Below, in pieces: positions 1 through 9,956 of a DNA stretch of 64,000 nucleotides. This DNA is from an uncultured Gemmatimonadales bacterium. GTDB taxonomy: Bacteria; Gemmatimonadota; Gemmatimonadetes; Palauibacterales; Palauibacteraceae. How positions within the stretch are numbered: the first letter of the stretch is position 1; the number at the start of each line of letters is the position of its first letter. The DNA is taken from assembly GCA_963783385.1 (NCBI GenBank), contig CAWANJ010000007.1, positions 96,001 to 160,000 of the forward strand. The letters run 5' to 3'. Made by a program: the position numbers and the translations under genes. The notes under the pieces were generated by a model. The model did not search any database, was not told where the DNA came from, and saw only the letters and a program-made list of their open reading frames with translations.

Positions 1-167
1 CGTCCCTCAAGTTAGCGAAACCCGGGGGCGGGAACAGGGTCCGCCGGGCCCCGGCGGTTTTGCCCGCCTCCGCTTTGGCCGGTATATTCAAGCATGCGGG
101 ACCTCCCGCGCCCGGGGGGCGTAGGACGATCCGCGATCACACGAAACCAGTTGAATCGGAGGAGCGT

Positions 168-455
168 TTGGGTAAAGGCAAGTACGAACCGACGGACCTG
201 GAACGGGCACGCGACGAGCTGTTCAGCCACATCCGGCGGTGCGGCGTCCTCGAAGCCGAGGACGGCCAGCGGGAAGAGTGGATGCAGGATACGATCGAGT
301 TCCTGGCCGAGAGGTATCCGAACCTGTCACGTCAGGAGCTGGGCGAGCTGAAGAAGATCGGTGATCGGTATTGCCGTCCGGCGATCCCCCACGGGGATGC
401 CGATGCGCGCGCTGCTTGGGACGAAGTCGAGACCGACGAGGTCACCGCAGCCTGA
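168..455 (+). CDS. Small conserved hypothetical protein
   Basis: ORF 60..455. Likely TTG start at 168 after GGAGGAG. High GC3 codon bias and a charged helical sequence (DLERARDELFSHIRRCGVLEA). Confidence 0.7.
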   Translation: MGKGKYEPTDLERARDELFSHIRRCGVLEAEDGQREEWMQDTIEFLAERYPNLSRQELGELKKIGDRYCRPAIPHGDADARAAWDEVETDEVTAA

Positions 456-594
456 ACCGGCCTGACCGACGGTCGCATCGGCGGGATGCGTCGGCCCGGG
501 AGCCGCTGTACGGTTCCGGGCCTGACGCGCCGACTCGATCGGATTCGAGCCCGGCGGACTCCGCGTCCGCGGTCGGCGAATCCCACTTTCTCGG

Positions 595-1983
595 ATGGAT
601 CCGGCTCTAGCCTTCAAGCTGCTGGCCGTTCTGCTCCTCGTGGGGGCGAACGGCTTTTTCGTGGCGGCCGAGTTCGCCCTGGTCAAGGCGCGCCGCACGC
701 GCATTCAGGAGCTGGCCGAGGGGGGCGACCTCCTGGCTCGCGCCGTCCAGGCGGCACAGGCCGACCTGGACCGGTCCATCTCCGGCACGCAGCTCGGCAT
801 CACGATCGCCTCGATCGGGCTGGGCTGGATCGGCGAGCCGGCCATCGCCGACACCCTCTCCGGCCTGTTCGCCCGCCTGCCCGGCTTCTGGTCCGGGATC
901 GCGACCCACGGGGTCGCCGTGGCGATCGCCTTCGCGCTCATCACCTTCCTGCACATCGTGCTCGGGGAGCTGGCGCCCAAGACGGCCGCGCTGCTGCGCC
1001 CCGAGACCGTGAGCCGCTACGTGGCCGTGCCTCTGAACCTGTTCAACCGCTTGACCGCGCCCGCCGTGTGGCTCCTGAACAGCTCGGCGGGGCTCGTGGT
1101 GCGGGCGTTCGGGTGGGGCTCGGCCGGGGGCGGGGAGCACATCCACAGTCCGGAGGAGATCCAGATGCTCCTGCACCAGAGCCTCGAGGGCGGGGTGGTC
1201 GAGCAGGACGAGGAGGCGATGATCCACGGCGTGTTCGAGCTCACGCGCACGGTGGCGCGCGAGGTCATGACGCCGCGCACCGACATCGTCGCCGTCCGGC
1301 ACGACGCCAGCCTGGACGAGGTGCTGGCGGCGGCGGCCGATTCGGGCTTCTCGAGGCTCCCGGTGTACCGCGAGTCGATCGATGACGTCGTGGGCGTGGT
1401 GCTGGTCAAGGACCTGCTCCCGTGGCTGCGCCGGCAGGACCGGAGCGGCTTCCGGGCGGACCGCGCCGCTCGGGAGGCCTACTTCGTGCCCGACACGAAG
1501 CCGGTGGACGACCTGCTGGCCGAGCTGCGGCGCCACAAGGTCCACATGGCGGTGGTGGTGGACGAGTTCGGCGGCACGGACGGCATCGTGACCCTGGAGG
1601 ACCTCGTCGAGGAGATCGTCGGAGACATCTACGACGAGCACGACATTGCCCAGGCCGAGATCCGGGTGGAGCTGGACGGCCGCATCCTCGTGGACGGCGG
1701 GGCGGCCCTCTCGGACCTGGAGCAGGAGTTCGACCTCCCCGAGGTCGGAGAGGAGTACGACACGGTGGCCGGCTACGTGATCGGCGAGCTGGGGCACATT
1801 CCCGAGCCGGGGGAGCGCGTGCCCCTCGGCCCGGCCGTGCTCGAGGTGCTGGAGACGCGCGACCGTCGCGTGACCCGGCTCGAGCTCCACAGGCCGGGGC
1901 CCGGGTCGGCTCCCGGCGACGCGGCGTCGAGCGGAGCGCGGCCGGCCGGGGACGGGGGACGGGACGGCGCGATCGCGAAGTGA
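595..1983 (+). CDS. HlyC/CorC (CNNM) family Mg2+/Co2+ transporter, hemolysin-like
   Basis: N-terminal [15 protein letters not shown]21 motif, GELAPK, tandem CBS domains ([32 protein letters not shown]) and a CorC C-terminal domain. Confidence 0.95.
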   Translation: MDPALAFKLLAVLLLVGANGFFVAAEFALVKARRTRIQELAEGGDLLARAVQAAQADLDRSISGTQLGITIASIGLGWIGEPAIADTLSGLFARLPGFWSGIATHGVAVAIAFALITFLHIVLGELAPKTAALLRPETVSRYVAVPLNLFNRLTAPAVWLLNSSAGLVVRAFGWGSAGGGEHIHSPEEIQMLLHQSLEGGVVEQDEEAMIHGVFELTRTVAREVMTPRTDIVAVRHDASLDEVLAAAADSGFSRLPVYRESIDDVVGVVLVKDLLPWLRRQDRSGFRADRAAREAYFVPDTKPVDDLLAELRRHKVHMAVVVDEFGGTDGIVTLEDLVEEIVGDIYDEHDIAQAEIRVELDGRILVDGGAALSDLEQEFDLPEVGEEYDTVAGYVIGELGHIPEPGERVPLGPAVLEVLETRDRRVTRLELHRPGPGSAPGDAASSGARPAGDGGRDGAIAK

Positions 1984-2025
1984 TATCCTTAGGGGACTTC
2001 ATTTCGGACGGAGGTGGACCGGGCG

Positions 2026-3225
2026 ATGGGACGGGATCTGTGGGAGTGGGAGGAGTACGACGCCCGCGCGCAGGACGAGTACGACCGCGGCGCCTTCGAC
2101 GAGGCCCTCCAGACCCTGCACGAGGGGCTGGCGCTCCACCCCGGGTCGCCGGAGCTGTGGGTGTCGCTGGGCTACACCCAGCTGGCCCGCGAGGCGTACG
2201 CATGGGCGCGTGAGGCGTTCGTCCGGGCCCTGGGGCTCGAAGAGGACCACGAGGAGGCCCTCGTCGGCCTGGGCGACGTCCTGCTCAAGCTGGGCGAGCG
2301 TGCCCGCGCCTTTCGCTGCTTCGGCCGCGTGCTCGAGCTCGGCTTCGGCTCCGACCCCGACCTGCTCCTCGCCATGGCGCGGGCTCTCTACCGCGAGGAG
2401 TTGTACGAGCGCGCGGTGACCCTCTACCGGATGGCGCTCGGCGCGGCGGAGGCCGCCGCCGGCGCGTCCACCGACGACGTGTCCTCCGACGAGGGAGTCC
2501 GGGTCGGGGCGGACGGCGTCCCGACGGCCGGTGACGTGACCGTGGCGGAGGCCGCCGCCGAGCTGGCTTACGCGCTCTACCAGATGGGCGACGCCGAGGG
2601 AGCGCTTCCGCTCCTCGAGGGCGCCCTCGCCCGCCATCCGGAACACCACGAGGCCCGCGTGTTCTACGGAAACCTCCTGTACGACCGGGGCGACTACGAG
2701 CGGGCCCTCGAGGAGTTCGAGCGCGTGCCGCCCGACCGGATGTGGGATCCGCTGGCAGTGTGGCGCGCCGTGGAGCTCCTGAGAGGCTTCCGGGGCCTGC
2801 CGCCGGACGCCGACGCCATCGAGCCCCTCATGCGCCAGCTCGAGATCCTCACCGAGGAGCCGGCGCCGGAGGAGCGCCTGCTGGCGGAGGTCGAGGCGGC
2901 CGCCGATCCCGGGTCGGCGGGCCCTTCCGTGCCCGATCGGAACCAGCTCGACCTGTTCGTCCTGGAGCGGGGCAGGCCCGAAGCCCGAAACCCGGACGTT
3001 CACGTCGTAAGAGCCCGTGACGGCAAGCTTTACGCCGGTGACTGGGCGGCCATCGTTCAGGCCATGCGTGACGATTCCATCGATCCGAACGTCTCCATCT
3101 TCGACTACATGCGGGACGCCGCGCGCGTCGTCCGCAGCTTGACGGGGATGTCCGTCCCGGACGACGATCCGGAGCGGTTCCTCCGGGCCTCGGCCCGGGC
3201 GGGCATCCTGCGCATCGAGCGGTGA
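2026..3225 (+). CDS. Tetratricopeptide repeat protein
   Basis: Several TPR-like helical repeats (ALALHPGSPELWVSLG; ALGLEEDHEEALVGLG) and an unassigned C-terminal domain. ATG at 2026, alternative GTG at 2014. Confidence 0.8.
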   Translation: MGRDLWEWEEYDARAQDEYDRGAFDEALQTLHEGLALHPGSPELWVSLGYTQLAREAYAWAREAFVRALGLEEDHEEALVGLGDVLLKLGERARAFRCFGRVLELGFGSDPDLLLAMARALYREELYERAVTLYRMALGAAEAAAGASTDDVSSDEGVRVGADGVPTAGDVTVAEAAAELAYALYQMGDAEGALPLLEGALARHPEHHEARVFYGNLLYDRGDYERALEEFERVPPDRMWDPLAVWRAVELLRGFRGLPPDADAIEPLMRQLEILTEEPAPEERLLAEVEAAADPGSAGPSVPDRNQLDLFVLERGRPEARNPDVHVVRARDGKLYAGDWAAIVQAMRDDSIDPNVSIFDYMRDAARVVRSLTGMSVPDDDPERFLRASARAGILRIER

Positions 3226-3806
3226 GCGCGGTCGCGCTGGGGCGCTTCCTGGCTCGCCGGATGGCGGCCGCGGGCGTGGACCCGAACGGGACGCTCACGG
3301 TCGAGGACGTGCGCGCGCGCTTCGTCTCCTACCGGAGCTGCCGGGGGGAGCTCGACCTGGCCACCAAGGCCGAGTACGATCTCGCCCTGCTCGCGATGCT
3401 GAACGAGCCGGAGCTGGTCGAGGTGATGGACGAGGGGCTGCGGGAGGCGGTCGGGCGCGAGCTGACCTGCCCCGAGCCCGAGCTCGCCGTGCTGGATGGG
3501 TTCGCGGCCTCGATGGTGGGGCTGGGCCCGGCACTCGGCGGCCGGCGCCGCCAGGGGGCGGCCCGGGGGTCGAAGAGGACGAAGCGGCCGGCCGCGGAAG
3601 CGGGGGCGGAGGAGCCCGGGAGTGAGGGCGCGCCGGAGGCGGCCGCCTGCCGCGCGTGTGGCGCGGAGCTGCCCCGGAACCGGGAGGCCCGGTTCTGCCC
3701 TTACTGCGGTGCGGACCAGGAGATGCCTCGCTGCGCGGCGTGTGGCGAGGAGCTGGAAGCGGAATGGCGGTACTGCCCGGCGTGCGGCCGGGCGGCGGAC
3801 AGGTGA
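3222..3806 (+). CDS. Double zinc-ribbon domain protein
   Basis: C-terminal CRAC..FCPYCG..CAACG..YCPACG (four CxxC pairs). GTGA overlap with the TPR gene. Confidence 0.85.
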   Translation: MSAVALGRFLARRMAAAGVDPNGTLTVEDVRARFVSYRSCRGELDLATKAEYDLALLAMLNEPELVEVMDEGLREAVGRELTCPEPELAVLDGFAASMVGLGPALGGRRRQGAARGSKRTKRPAAEAGAEEPGSEGAPEAAACRACGAELPRNREARFCPYCGADQEMPRCAACGEELEAEWRYCPACGRAADR

Positions 3807-3860
3807 GCGAGCGGCCCCCTGAAGGGGCTTCCACGGACCGACGCAGCCCGGGAGGCGACG

Positions 3861-4280
3861 ATGCGGAGCCTCAGAGTCATGCTGGTGCCGGCACTGGTCA
3901 CGGGATGGATGTGGAGTGTCCCTGCGGAGACGACCGTTGCGCCTTCGGGCGTGGCGTCGCTCCAGGCCCTGCCGGCCGGCGTCACGCCCGACATGGTGCG
4001 CGAGGGCAAGCGCCTGTTCGGTGGGAACGGGCTGTGCTACACCTGCCACGGGCCCGACGGCAAGGGGCTCCCCAGGCTCGGCTCGAGCCTCACGGACGGG
4101 CAGTGGCAGCACTCGGACGGCTCGTACAAGGGCATCGCGGCGACGATCGACAAGGGCGTGTCCGCCGAGCGCTCCTCGACCGGCATCCCCATGCCGCCCA
4201 GGGCCGGGGCGGACCTCACCGACGACCAGGTCCGGGCCGTGGCCGGCTACACCTGGACGCTGAGCCACTCGAGCGGCTGA
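3861..4280 (+). CDS. Periplasmic monoheme c-type cytochrome
   Basis: Signal peptide, CYTCH heme-binding motif and distal Met in IPMPP. Confidence 0.9.
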   Translation: MRSLRVMLVPALVTGWMWSVPAETTVAPSGVASLQALPAGVTPDMVREGKRLFGGNGLCYTCHGPDGKGLPRLGSSLTDGQWQHSDGSYKGIAATIDKGVSAERSSTGIPMPPRAGADLTDDQVRAVAGYTWTLSHSSG

Positions 4281-4332
4281 GCGCGCGGGCGCCGAGGGTC
4301 GGCCCCGTCCGGACCGGAAGGGGGGCGCACCC

Positions 4333-5379
4333 GTGATCCGGGTGGCCCTCATCCCGGGCGACGGGATCGGCCCCGAGGTCCTGCGGGAGGCTCGGCGCGT
4401 GCTGGACGCCGTGCAGGAGGCCGGGCTAGCCGAGCTCGAGCTCGAGACCTTCCCGCACGGCGCCGACCACTACCTGTCCACGGGCGAGACCCTGGGCGAG
4501 GAGACCTTCGTCCGTCTCCGCGACGACTTCGATGCCATCCTCCTCGGCGCGGTGGGCGATCCGCGCGTCCCGGGCAACGAGCACGCCCGCGACATCCTGC
4601 TCGGGCTGCGCTTTCGCCTGGACCTGTTCATCAACCTCCGTCCCGTCCGCCTGAGGGCGCCGGACCTCTGCCCCCTGAAGGGGGAGGGGGAGATCGACTT
4701 CCTGATCTTCCGTGAGAACACGGAGGGCTTCTACACGGGCGCCGGGGGCCTGCTGCGCGAGGGGACGCCCGAGGAGGTGGCGGTCAGCGAGTGCTTCGCG
4801 ACCCGGCGCGGCGTGGAGCGCATCGTGCGCGCTGCTTTCGAGCGGGCGCGCGCCGAGGGCCGGAAGCGCGTGACGCTGGGCGACAAGGCCAACGCCGTGC
4901 CGCACGTGTACGGGCTGTGGCGGCGGGTGTTTCGCGAGGTGGCCTCCGAGTACCCGGACCTCGAGTCCGAGATGCGCTACGTGGACGCCCTGGCCATGGA
5001 GTTCGTGCGCGCCCCGGAGCGATTCGGCGTGGTGGTGGCCGAGAACCTGCTGGGCGACATTCTCTCCGACCTGGGCGCCGAGCTGGTGGGCGGCATGGGC
5101 GTGGCTCCCTCGGCCAACGTGAACCCGGGGTCGCACGGCCTGTACGAACCCGTCCACGGCAGCGCCCCGGACATCGCGGGCACGGGGCGTGCAAACCCGA
5201 TGGGCGCGGTGCTGAGCGCCGCCCTGCTGCTCGCCGACCACGGCGCCGACCGCGCCGCCGCGCGCCTGGAGGAGGCCGTGGACCGTGCCCTGGCCGAGGG
5301 CGTGCGCACCCCGGACCTGGGGGGCGATCGCACCACGGCCGCCGTGGGCGAGTGGCTGGCCCGCGCCGTCATCGATTGA
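4333..5379 (+). CDS. Isocitrate/isopropylmalate (LeuB-like) dehydrogenase family protein
   Basis: IPGDGIGPEV, RENTEG, NLLGDILSD and EPVHGSAPDIAG motifs. Exact substrate not determinable. Confidence 0.9.
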   Translation: MIRVALIPGDGIGPEVLREARRVLDAVQEAGLAELELETFPHGADHYLSTGETLGEETFVRLRDDFDAILLGAVGDPRVPGNEHARDILLGLRFRLDLFINLRPVRLRAPDLCPLKGEGEIDFLIFRENTEGFYTGAGGLLREGTPEEVAVSECFATRRGVERIVRAAFERARAEGRKRVTLGDKANAVPHVYGLWRRVFREVASEYPDLESEMRYVDALAMEFVRAPERFGVVVAENLLGDILSDLGAELVGGMGVAPSANVNPGSHGLYEPVHGSAPDIAGTGRANPMGAVLSAALLLADHGADRAAARLEEAVDRALAEGVRTPDLGGDRTTAAVGEWLARAVID

Positions 5380-5417
5380 GTCCGACACCGACAACGATAC
5401 CAGTGAGGAGATAGACG

Positions 5418-6620
5418 ATGGGCACGATGGGCTTCGACCGGGACGTGGTGTTCCTCTCCGCGGCGCGCACGCCGTTCGGGACGTTCGGCGGCTCGCTCAA
5501 GGACGAGACGGCCACGGACCTCTCCGTCCTCGCCTCGATGGCGGCGGTGGAGCGCTCGGGCGTCGACGCGTCCGAGTTCGGGCAGGTATACATCGGCAAC
5601 GTCATCCAGACGTCCCGGGACGCCATTTACATTGCCCGGCACGTGGGCCTCAAGTCGGGGCTCCCGATCGAGGTGCCGGCCTGCACCGTGAACCGCCTGT
5701 GCGGCTCCGGCTTCCAGGCCGTCATGGACGGGGCGCAGGCGATCCTCCTGAACCAGGGCCGCGTGTGCCTGACGGGCGGGACCGAGTCGATGAGCCAGGC
5801 GCCGCACACGGTGCGCGGGGCGCGCTGGGGCCTGCGGCTCGGGCCGTCCAAGCCGTTCGAGGACGTGCTGTGGGAGGCGCTCACCGACCCGTACTGCGGC
5901 TACTCCATGGCCGAGACGGCCGAGAACCTGGCCGAGGAGTACGGCGTCACGCGGGAGGAGGTCGACGAGTACGCGCTCCGCAGCCAGAAGGCGGCCAGAG
6001 CGGCCTGGGACGCCGGCAAGTTCGACGAGGAAGTGATCCCGGTCACGCTGTCCCGGCGCGGCAAGGAGCAGAAGTTCCACCTCGACGAGCACATGCGGCC
6101 CGACACCACGCTGGAGGGGCTGGCCAAGCTCAAGCCGTACTTCAAGGAGGACGGTCTGGTCACGGCGGGCAACGCCAGCGGGATCGGCGACGGTGCCGCC
6201 TCCCTGGTCATCGCCGACCGCGAGTTCGCCGACGCCCACGGCCTCGAGCCGATGGGGCGCCTGGTGGCGTGGGCGGTGGCGGGCGTTCCGCCGCGTATCA
6301 TGGGGCTCGGCCCGGCCCCGGCGTCGCGGGCGGCGCTCGAGCGCGCGGGCCTCGGCTGGGACGACATCGACCTGATCGAGATCAACGAGGCGTTCGGGCC
6401 CCAGTACGTGGCGGTGGAGAAGGAGCTCGACCTGGACCGTGACCGGGTGAACGTGAACGGCGGCGCCATCGCCATCACTCACCCGCTCGGCGCCACGGGC
6501 GCCCGCATCACGGGCCACCTCCTGTTCGAGCTCCGGCGCCGGGGCGGCGGGATCGGCCTCGGCTCGGCCTGCATCGGCGGCGGTCAGGGCGCCGCGGTCA
6601 TCGTCGAAGTGGAGGGCTGA
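5418..6620 (+). CDS. Thiolase (acetyl-CoA C-acyltransferase)
   Basis: NRLCGSG catalytic Cys, NEAF, GGAIAITHPLGATG and CIGGGQG. Confidence 0.95.
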   Translation: MGTMGFDRDVVFLSAARTPFGTFGGSLKDETATDLSVLASMAAVERSGVDASEFGQVYIGNVIQTSRDAIYIARHVGLKSGLPIEVPACTVNRLCGSGFQAVMDGAQAILLNQGRVCLTGGTESMSQAPHTVRGARWGLRLGPSKPFEDVLWEALTDPYCGYSMAETAENLAEEYGVTREEVDEYALRSQKAARAAWDAGKFDEEVIPVTLSRRGKEQKFHLDEHMRPDTTLEGLAKLKPYFKEDGLVTAGNASGIGDGAASLVIADREFADAHGLEPMGRLVAWAVAGVPPRIMGLGPAPASRAALERAGLGWDDIDLIEINEAFGPQYVAVEKELDLDRDRVNVNGGAIAITHPLGATGARITGHLLFELRRRGGGIGLGSACIGGGQGAAVIVEVEG

Positions 6621-6640
6621 GGCCCTCCGGCCTTCGCGGA

Positions 6641-6669
6641 CGGGCCGCGCCGGGCGCCGGCGCGGCCCG
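6641..6669. terminator. Perfect 13-bp GC hairpin after the thiolase gene (terminator or mRNA stabiliser)
   Basis: CGGGCCGCGCCGG-GCG-CCGGCGCGGCCCG. No U-tract follows. Confidence 0.4.
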
Positions 6670-6694
6670 CTCCCGCGACAAGGGGAGGTGCGGC

Positions 6695-8002
6695 ATGGTG
6701 CTCTCCAGGATCGGTCGCGGCCCGGCCCGTGTGGCGCTCGCCTCGTTGCTCGGCCTGCTCCCGGCGGCCTGCAGCAAGAGCGGCGGGACGCCGTCCGGCC
6801 CCGTGCTCGGCGACGTGGCCGTGTACACGCTGACCACCGGCGGCGCGGTCGACCCGGATGGCTACGCGGTGTCGCTGGACGGTGGGACCGGCCAGGCCAT
6901 AGGGATCTCCGGGACGGTCACCTTCAAGAACGTCGCGACCGGATCCCACCAGCTCCAGCTCTCCGGACTGGCCTCCAACTGCTTCGTGGCCGGCTCCAAT
7001 CCCCGCGCCGCGGACCTGGCCGGGTCCGGCACGGTCCAGGCCACCTTCCTGGTCCACTGTCCCCTCGGGTCCAGCATCGCCTTCGTGAGCCGGCGCTCCG
7101 GCGACGCCGAGGTGTGGAGCATGGCACCGGACGGCTCCGGGGCCATCGACCTGAGCCAGAGCGGCGGCAGCCTCGACATGGAGCCGGCCTGGTCGCCCTT
7201 CGGGAGCGCGATCGCGTTCGTGAGCGACCGCACGGGGAGCCAGCACATCTGGAGCGTGGGCCCGGACGGGTCGGGAGCCACCGACCTCACCTCCGGGTCG
7301 GCCGGGCCGGACTCGGATCCCCGCTGGTCGCCGGATGGCGGGCGGATCGCCTTCGTGAGTGCCCGGACCGGCGACCGCGAGATCTGGGTGATGGCCTCGG
7401 ACGGGTCGTCTCCCTTCGACGCCACGGCGAACTCCTCGTCGGTCGACGAGAGCCCGCGCTGGTCGCCTGACGGGACCCGCATCGCGTTCGTGAGCGACCG
7501 GACGGGGAGCCGGGAGATCTGGGTCATGAACGCGGACGGCTCGAACCCCGTCCAGCTCACCGACGGCGCCGGGGCGGACCGGGACCCGCGGTGGTCGCCC
7601 GACGGCAGCATGATCGCCTGGGTGAGCGCCCGCACGGGGAGCGACGAGATCTGGGTCATGAACGCGGACGGCTCCGGCGCCGCGCAGCTCACCAGCGCGG
7701 CCGGCGTAGACGAGAGCCCGCGGTGGTCGCCCGACGGGGGCGCGATCGCCTTCGTGAGCGCCCGCACGGGGGGCCAGGACGTGTGGATCATGGGCGCGGA
7801 TGGGTCCGGCCAGACCGACCTCACGAGCGACGGGGCGGGCCGGGACTACGATCCCGAGTGGTCGCCGGACGGGAGCATGATCGCCTTCGTCAGCGACCGT
7901 ACGGGTGACGCGGACGTGTGGGTCGTGGGCGCGGACGGGTCCGGGCCAACCGATCTGACCTTCGCGCCGGGCTCCGACGACGCGCAGGTGTGGCTGCCCT
8001 AG
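6695..8002 (+). CDS. TolB-like beta-propeller (PD40 repeat) lipoprotein
   Basis: Lipobox-like LPAAC followed by about 7 repeats of PxWSPDGxxIAFVSxRTGxxxIWVMxxDGS. Confidence 0.9.
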   Translation: MVLSRIGRGPARVALASLLGLLPAACSKSGGTPSGPVLGDVAVYTLTTGGAVDPDGYAVSLDGGTGQAIGISGTVTFKNVATGSHQLQLSGLASNCFVAGSNPRAADLAGSGTVQATFLVHCPLGSSIAFVSRRSGDAEVWSMAPDGSGAIDLSQSGGSLDMEPAWSPFGSAIAFVSDRTGSQHIWSVGPDGSGATDLTSGSAGPDSDPRWSPDGGRIAFVSARTGDREIWVMASDGSSPFDATANSSSVDESPRWSPDGTRIAFVSDRTGSREIWVMNADGSNPVQLTDGAGADRDPRWSPDGSMIAWVSARTGSDEIWVMNADGSGAAQLTSAAGVDESPRWSPDGGAIAFVSARTGGQDVWIMGADGSGQTDLTSDGAGRDYDPEWSPDGSMIAFVSDRTGDADVWVVGADGSGPTDLTFAPGSDDAQVWLP

Positions 8003-8004
8003 AG

Positions 8005-8892
8005 GTGTCCGGAGGGGACCGGCCCCGAGAGCCCGAGTCCTGGCCGCCCGCCGGGCCCGGGCCCGACGCGCCCGGGCCCGACGGGCCCTCCGGAGAGTCG
8101 ATCCCCTACGAGGCCCTCGAGCAGGTGATCCGCCGGGCCGCCGAGCTGCAGTCGGCGACCGGGGAAGGCCGCACCGAGGTCCTGGCCACGGGCGAGATCA
8201 TCCGCATCGGCCGGGAAGTGGGGCTCGACGAGCGGCACGTGCGCCAGGCGCTGGCGGAGGTTCGGGCCGACGCCCTCCTGCCGGAGGCGCCACGGGATGC
8301 GGCCTTCGCCCGGCGGCTGTGGGGGGAGGCGTTCGTCCGCGGCAGCCGGCCCGTGCCCGGCACCCCCTCGGCCGTCCAGTCACGGGTGGAGACGCACTTC
8401 CGGGAGCGCGAGAGCCTCGCCGAGGTCCGACGCCGTCCGGGCCGCTCGTTGTGGCGGCCGGCCACGGGGCTGGCGAGCAAGGTCCAGCGCACCTTCGACC
8501 TGACCGGGAGGAGCTACGAGCTGGCCGACGTGAAGCAGGTCGAGCTGGCCGTCTCCCCGCTCGAGTCGGACTGGTCGCTGGCCACGGTCACGGCCGACGT
8601 GTCCAACTTTCGGGGCCGCTACATCGGCGGGTGGCTGGGGGGCACCGTGTCCGGCTACGGGGTGGTGGCGGTCGCCGCCTTCCTGTCCTTCGCCCTGCCG
8701 CCCCTCCTCCCCATCGCCGGGGCGGGAGCCGCCGTGGTCGGCACCACGGCGTGGGGTGTGGGCTTCAGCATGAGGCGCCGGAAGTCCCGCATCGCGCTCG
8801 CCATCGAGGGGCTCCTGGACCGGCTCGAGCAGGGCGGGCCGCTCGAGCCCTCGCGTCCCAGCCTGCGCGACAAGATCCTGGGAAAGCTCTGA
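8005..8892 (+). CDS. Hypothetical membrane protein
   Basis: GTG at 8005 just after the upstream stop. N-terminal VIRRAAELQ..IGREVGL helical motif and two C-terminal hydrophobic helices. Confidence 0.7.
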   Translation: MSGGDRPREPESWPPAGPGPDAPGPDGPSGESIPYEALEQVIRRAAELQSATGEGRTEVLATGEIIRIGREVGLDERHVRQALAEVRADALLPEAPRDAAFARRLWGEAFVRGSRPVPGTPSAVQSRVETHFRERESLAEVRRRPGRSLWRPATGLASKVQRTFDLTGRSYELADVKQVELAVSPLESDWSLATVTADVSNFRGRYIGGWLGGTVSGYGVVAVAAFLSFALPPLLPIAGAGAAVVGTTAWGVGFSMRRRKSRIALAIEGLLDRLEQGGPLEPSRPSLRDKILGKL

Positions 8893-8947
8893 GCGCGCCG
8901 CGCGGGGGACACCCGCGGGCGTCCCCCGGCTGGCGCGCGCCCCCGAC

Positions 8948-8964
8948 CGGCACGTAGCCTGCAT
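8948..8964 (+). promoter_or_regulatory. Candidate sigma-54 (-24/-12) promoter upstream of hbd
   Basis: CGGCACG-TAGC-CTGCAT has GG-N10-GC spacing and is close to the TGGCACG-N4-TTGCW consensus. Confidence 0.35.
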
Positions 8965-9053
8965 CCCCTCGGACCCGGTCCTGTCGGGCCCAATCTCCGC
9001 GCCGGGGCGCCGCCCGGGCCGGATCCTCGCAGACCTGCGAAAGGAGCGATCAC

Positions 9054-9944
9054 GTGGCGTCGATACAGAAGGTCGGTGTGCTCGGCTGCGGTCTCATGGG
9101 CAGCGGCATCGCCCAGGTGAGCGCCCAGGCGGGCTTCGACACCGTGGTGAGGGAGGTCGACCAGGACGCCCTCGACCGGGGCCTGGCCGCCATCCGGAAG
9201 AACCTGGACCGAGCCGTCAAGAAGGAGAGGATGACCGGTGACCAGCGCGACGAGGTGCTGGGCCGCATCCACGGCACCGTGGACTTCGGCCCCCTGGGCG
9301 ACCGGGACATCGTCGTCGAGGCGGTGGTCGAGGACCTGTCGGTGAAGGAGCAGGTGTTCGGCAAGCTGGACGAGCTGTGCGGCGCCGACACGATCTTCGC
9401 CTCGAACACTTCGAGCCTCACGATCACCGAGATGGCCTCGGTGACCGAGCGCCCCGACCGCTTCGTCGGGCTCCACTTCTTCAACCCCGTCCCGGTGATG
9501 GCGCTGGTCGAGGTCGTGCGGACCGGCTTCACCTCGGACGAGACGTTCGATTCGGCCTGGGCGTTCGCGAAGTCGGTCGGGAAGCAGCCGATCGCCTGCC
9601 GCGACAATTCGGGCTTCATCGTGAACCGGCTCCTGGTGCCCTACATGCTCGACGCCATCAGGGCGTACGAGGAGGGGATCGGGTCCATCGAGGACATCGA
9701 CCAGGGCATGCGGCTCGGCTGCGGCTACCCAATGGGTCCCTTCGTCCTGGGCGACTTCGTCGGGCTCGACACGCTCTACAAGATCACCGAGATCATGTTC
9801 GACGAGTATCGCGAGACGCGCTTCGCGCCGCCGCCGCTTCTCAAGCGCATGGTCCTGGCGGGACACCACGGCCGGAAGACCGGCATCGGCTTCTACGACT
9901 ACAGCGGCGACGAGCCCGTGGTGAGCGACTTCGTGAAGCGCTGA
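9054..9944 (+). CDS. hbd: 3-hydroxybutyryl-CoA dehydrogenase
   Basis: GCGLMGSGIA Rossmann motif, ASNTSS, GLHFFNP, GFIVNR and GYPMGP. RBS AAGGAG. Confidence 0.93.
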   Translation: MASIQKVGVLGCGLMGSGIAQVSAQAGFDTVVREVDQDALDRGLAAIRKNLDRAVKKERMTGDQRDEVLGRIHGTVDFGPLGDRDIVVEAVVEDLSVKEQVFGKLDELCGADTIFASNTSSLTITEMASVTERPDRFVGLHFFNPVPVMALVEVVRTGFTSDETFDSAWAFAKSVGKQPIACRDNSGFIVNRLLVPYMLDAIRAYEEGIGSIEDIDQGMRLGCGYPMGPFVLGDFVGLDTLYKITEIMFDEYRETRFAPPPLLKRMVLAGHHGRKTGIGFYDYSGDEPVVSDFVKR

Positions 9945-9956
9945 GCGCGGACTCGC

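Noticed and set aside
7070-7990. Tandem repeats of about 130 nt resembling an array
   Set aside because: These are in-frame PD40 propeller repeats with synonymous variation, not CRISPR or a non-coding repeat.
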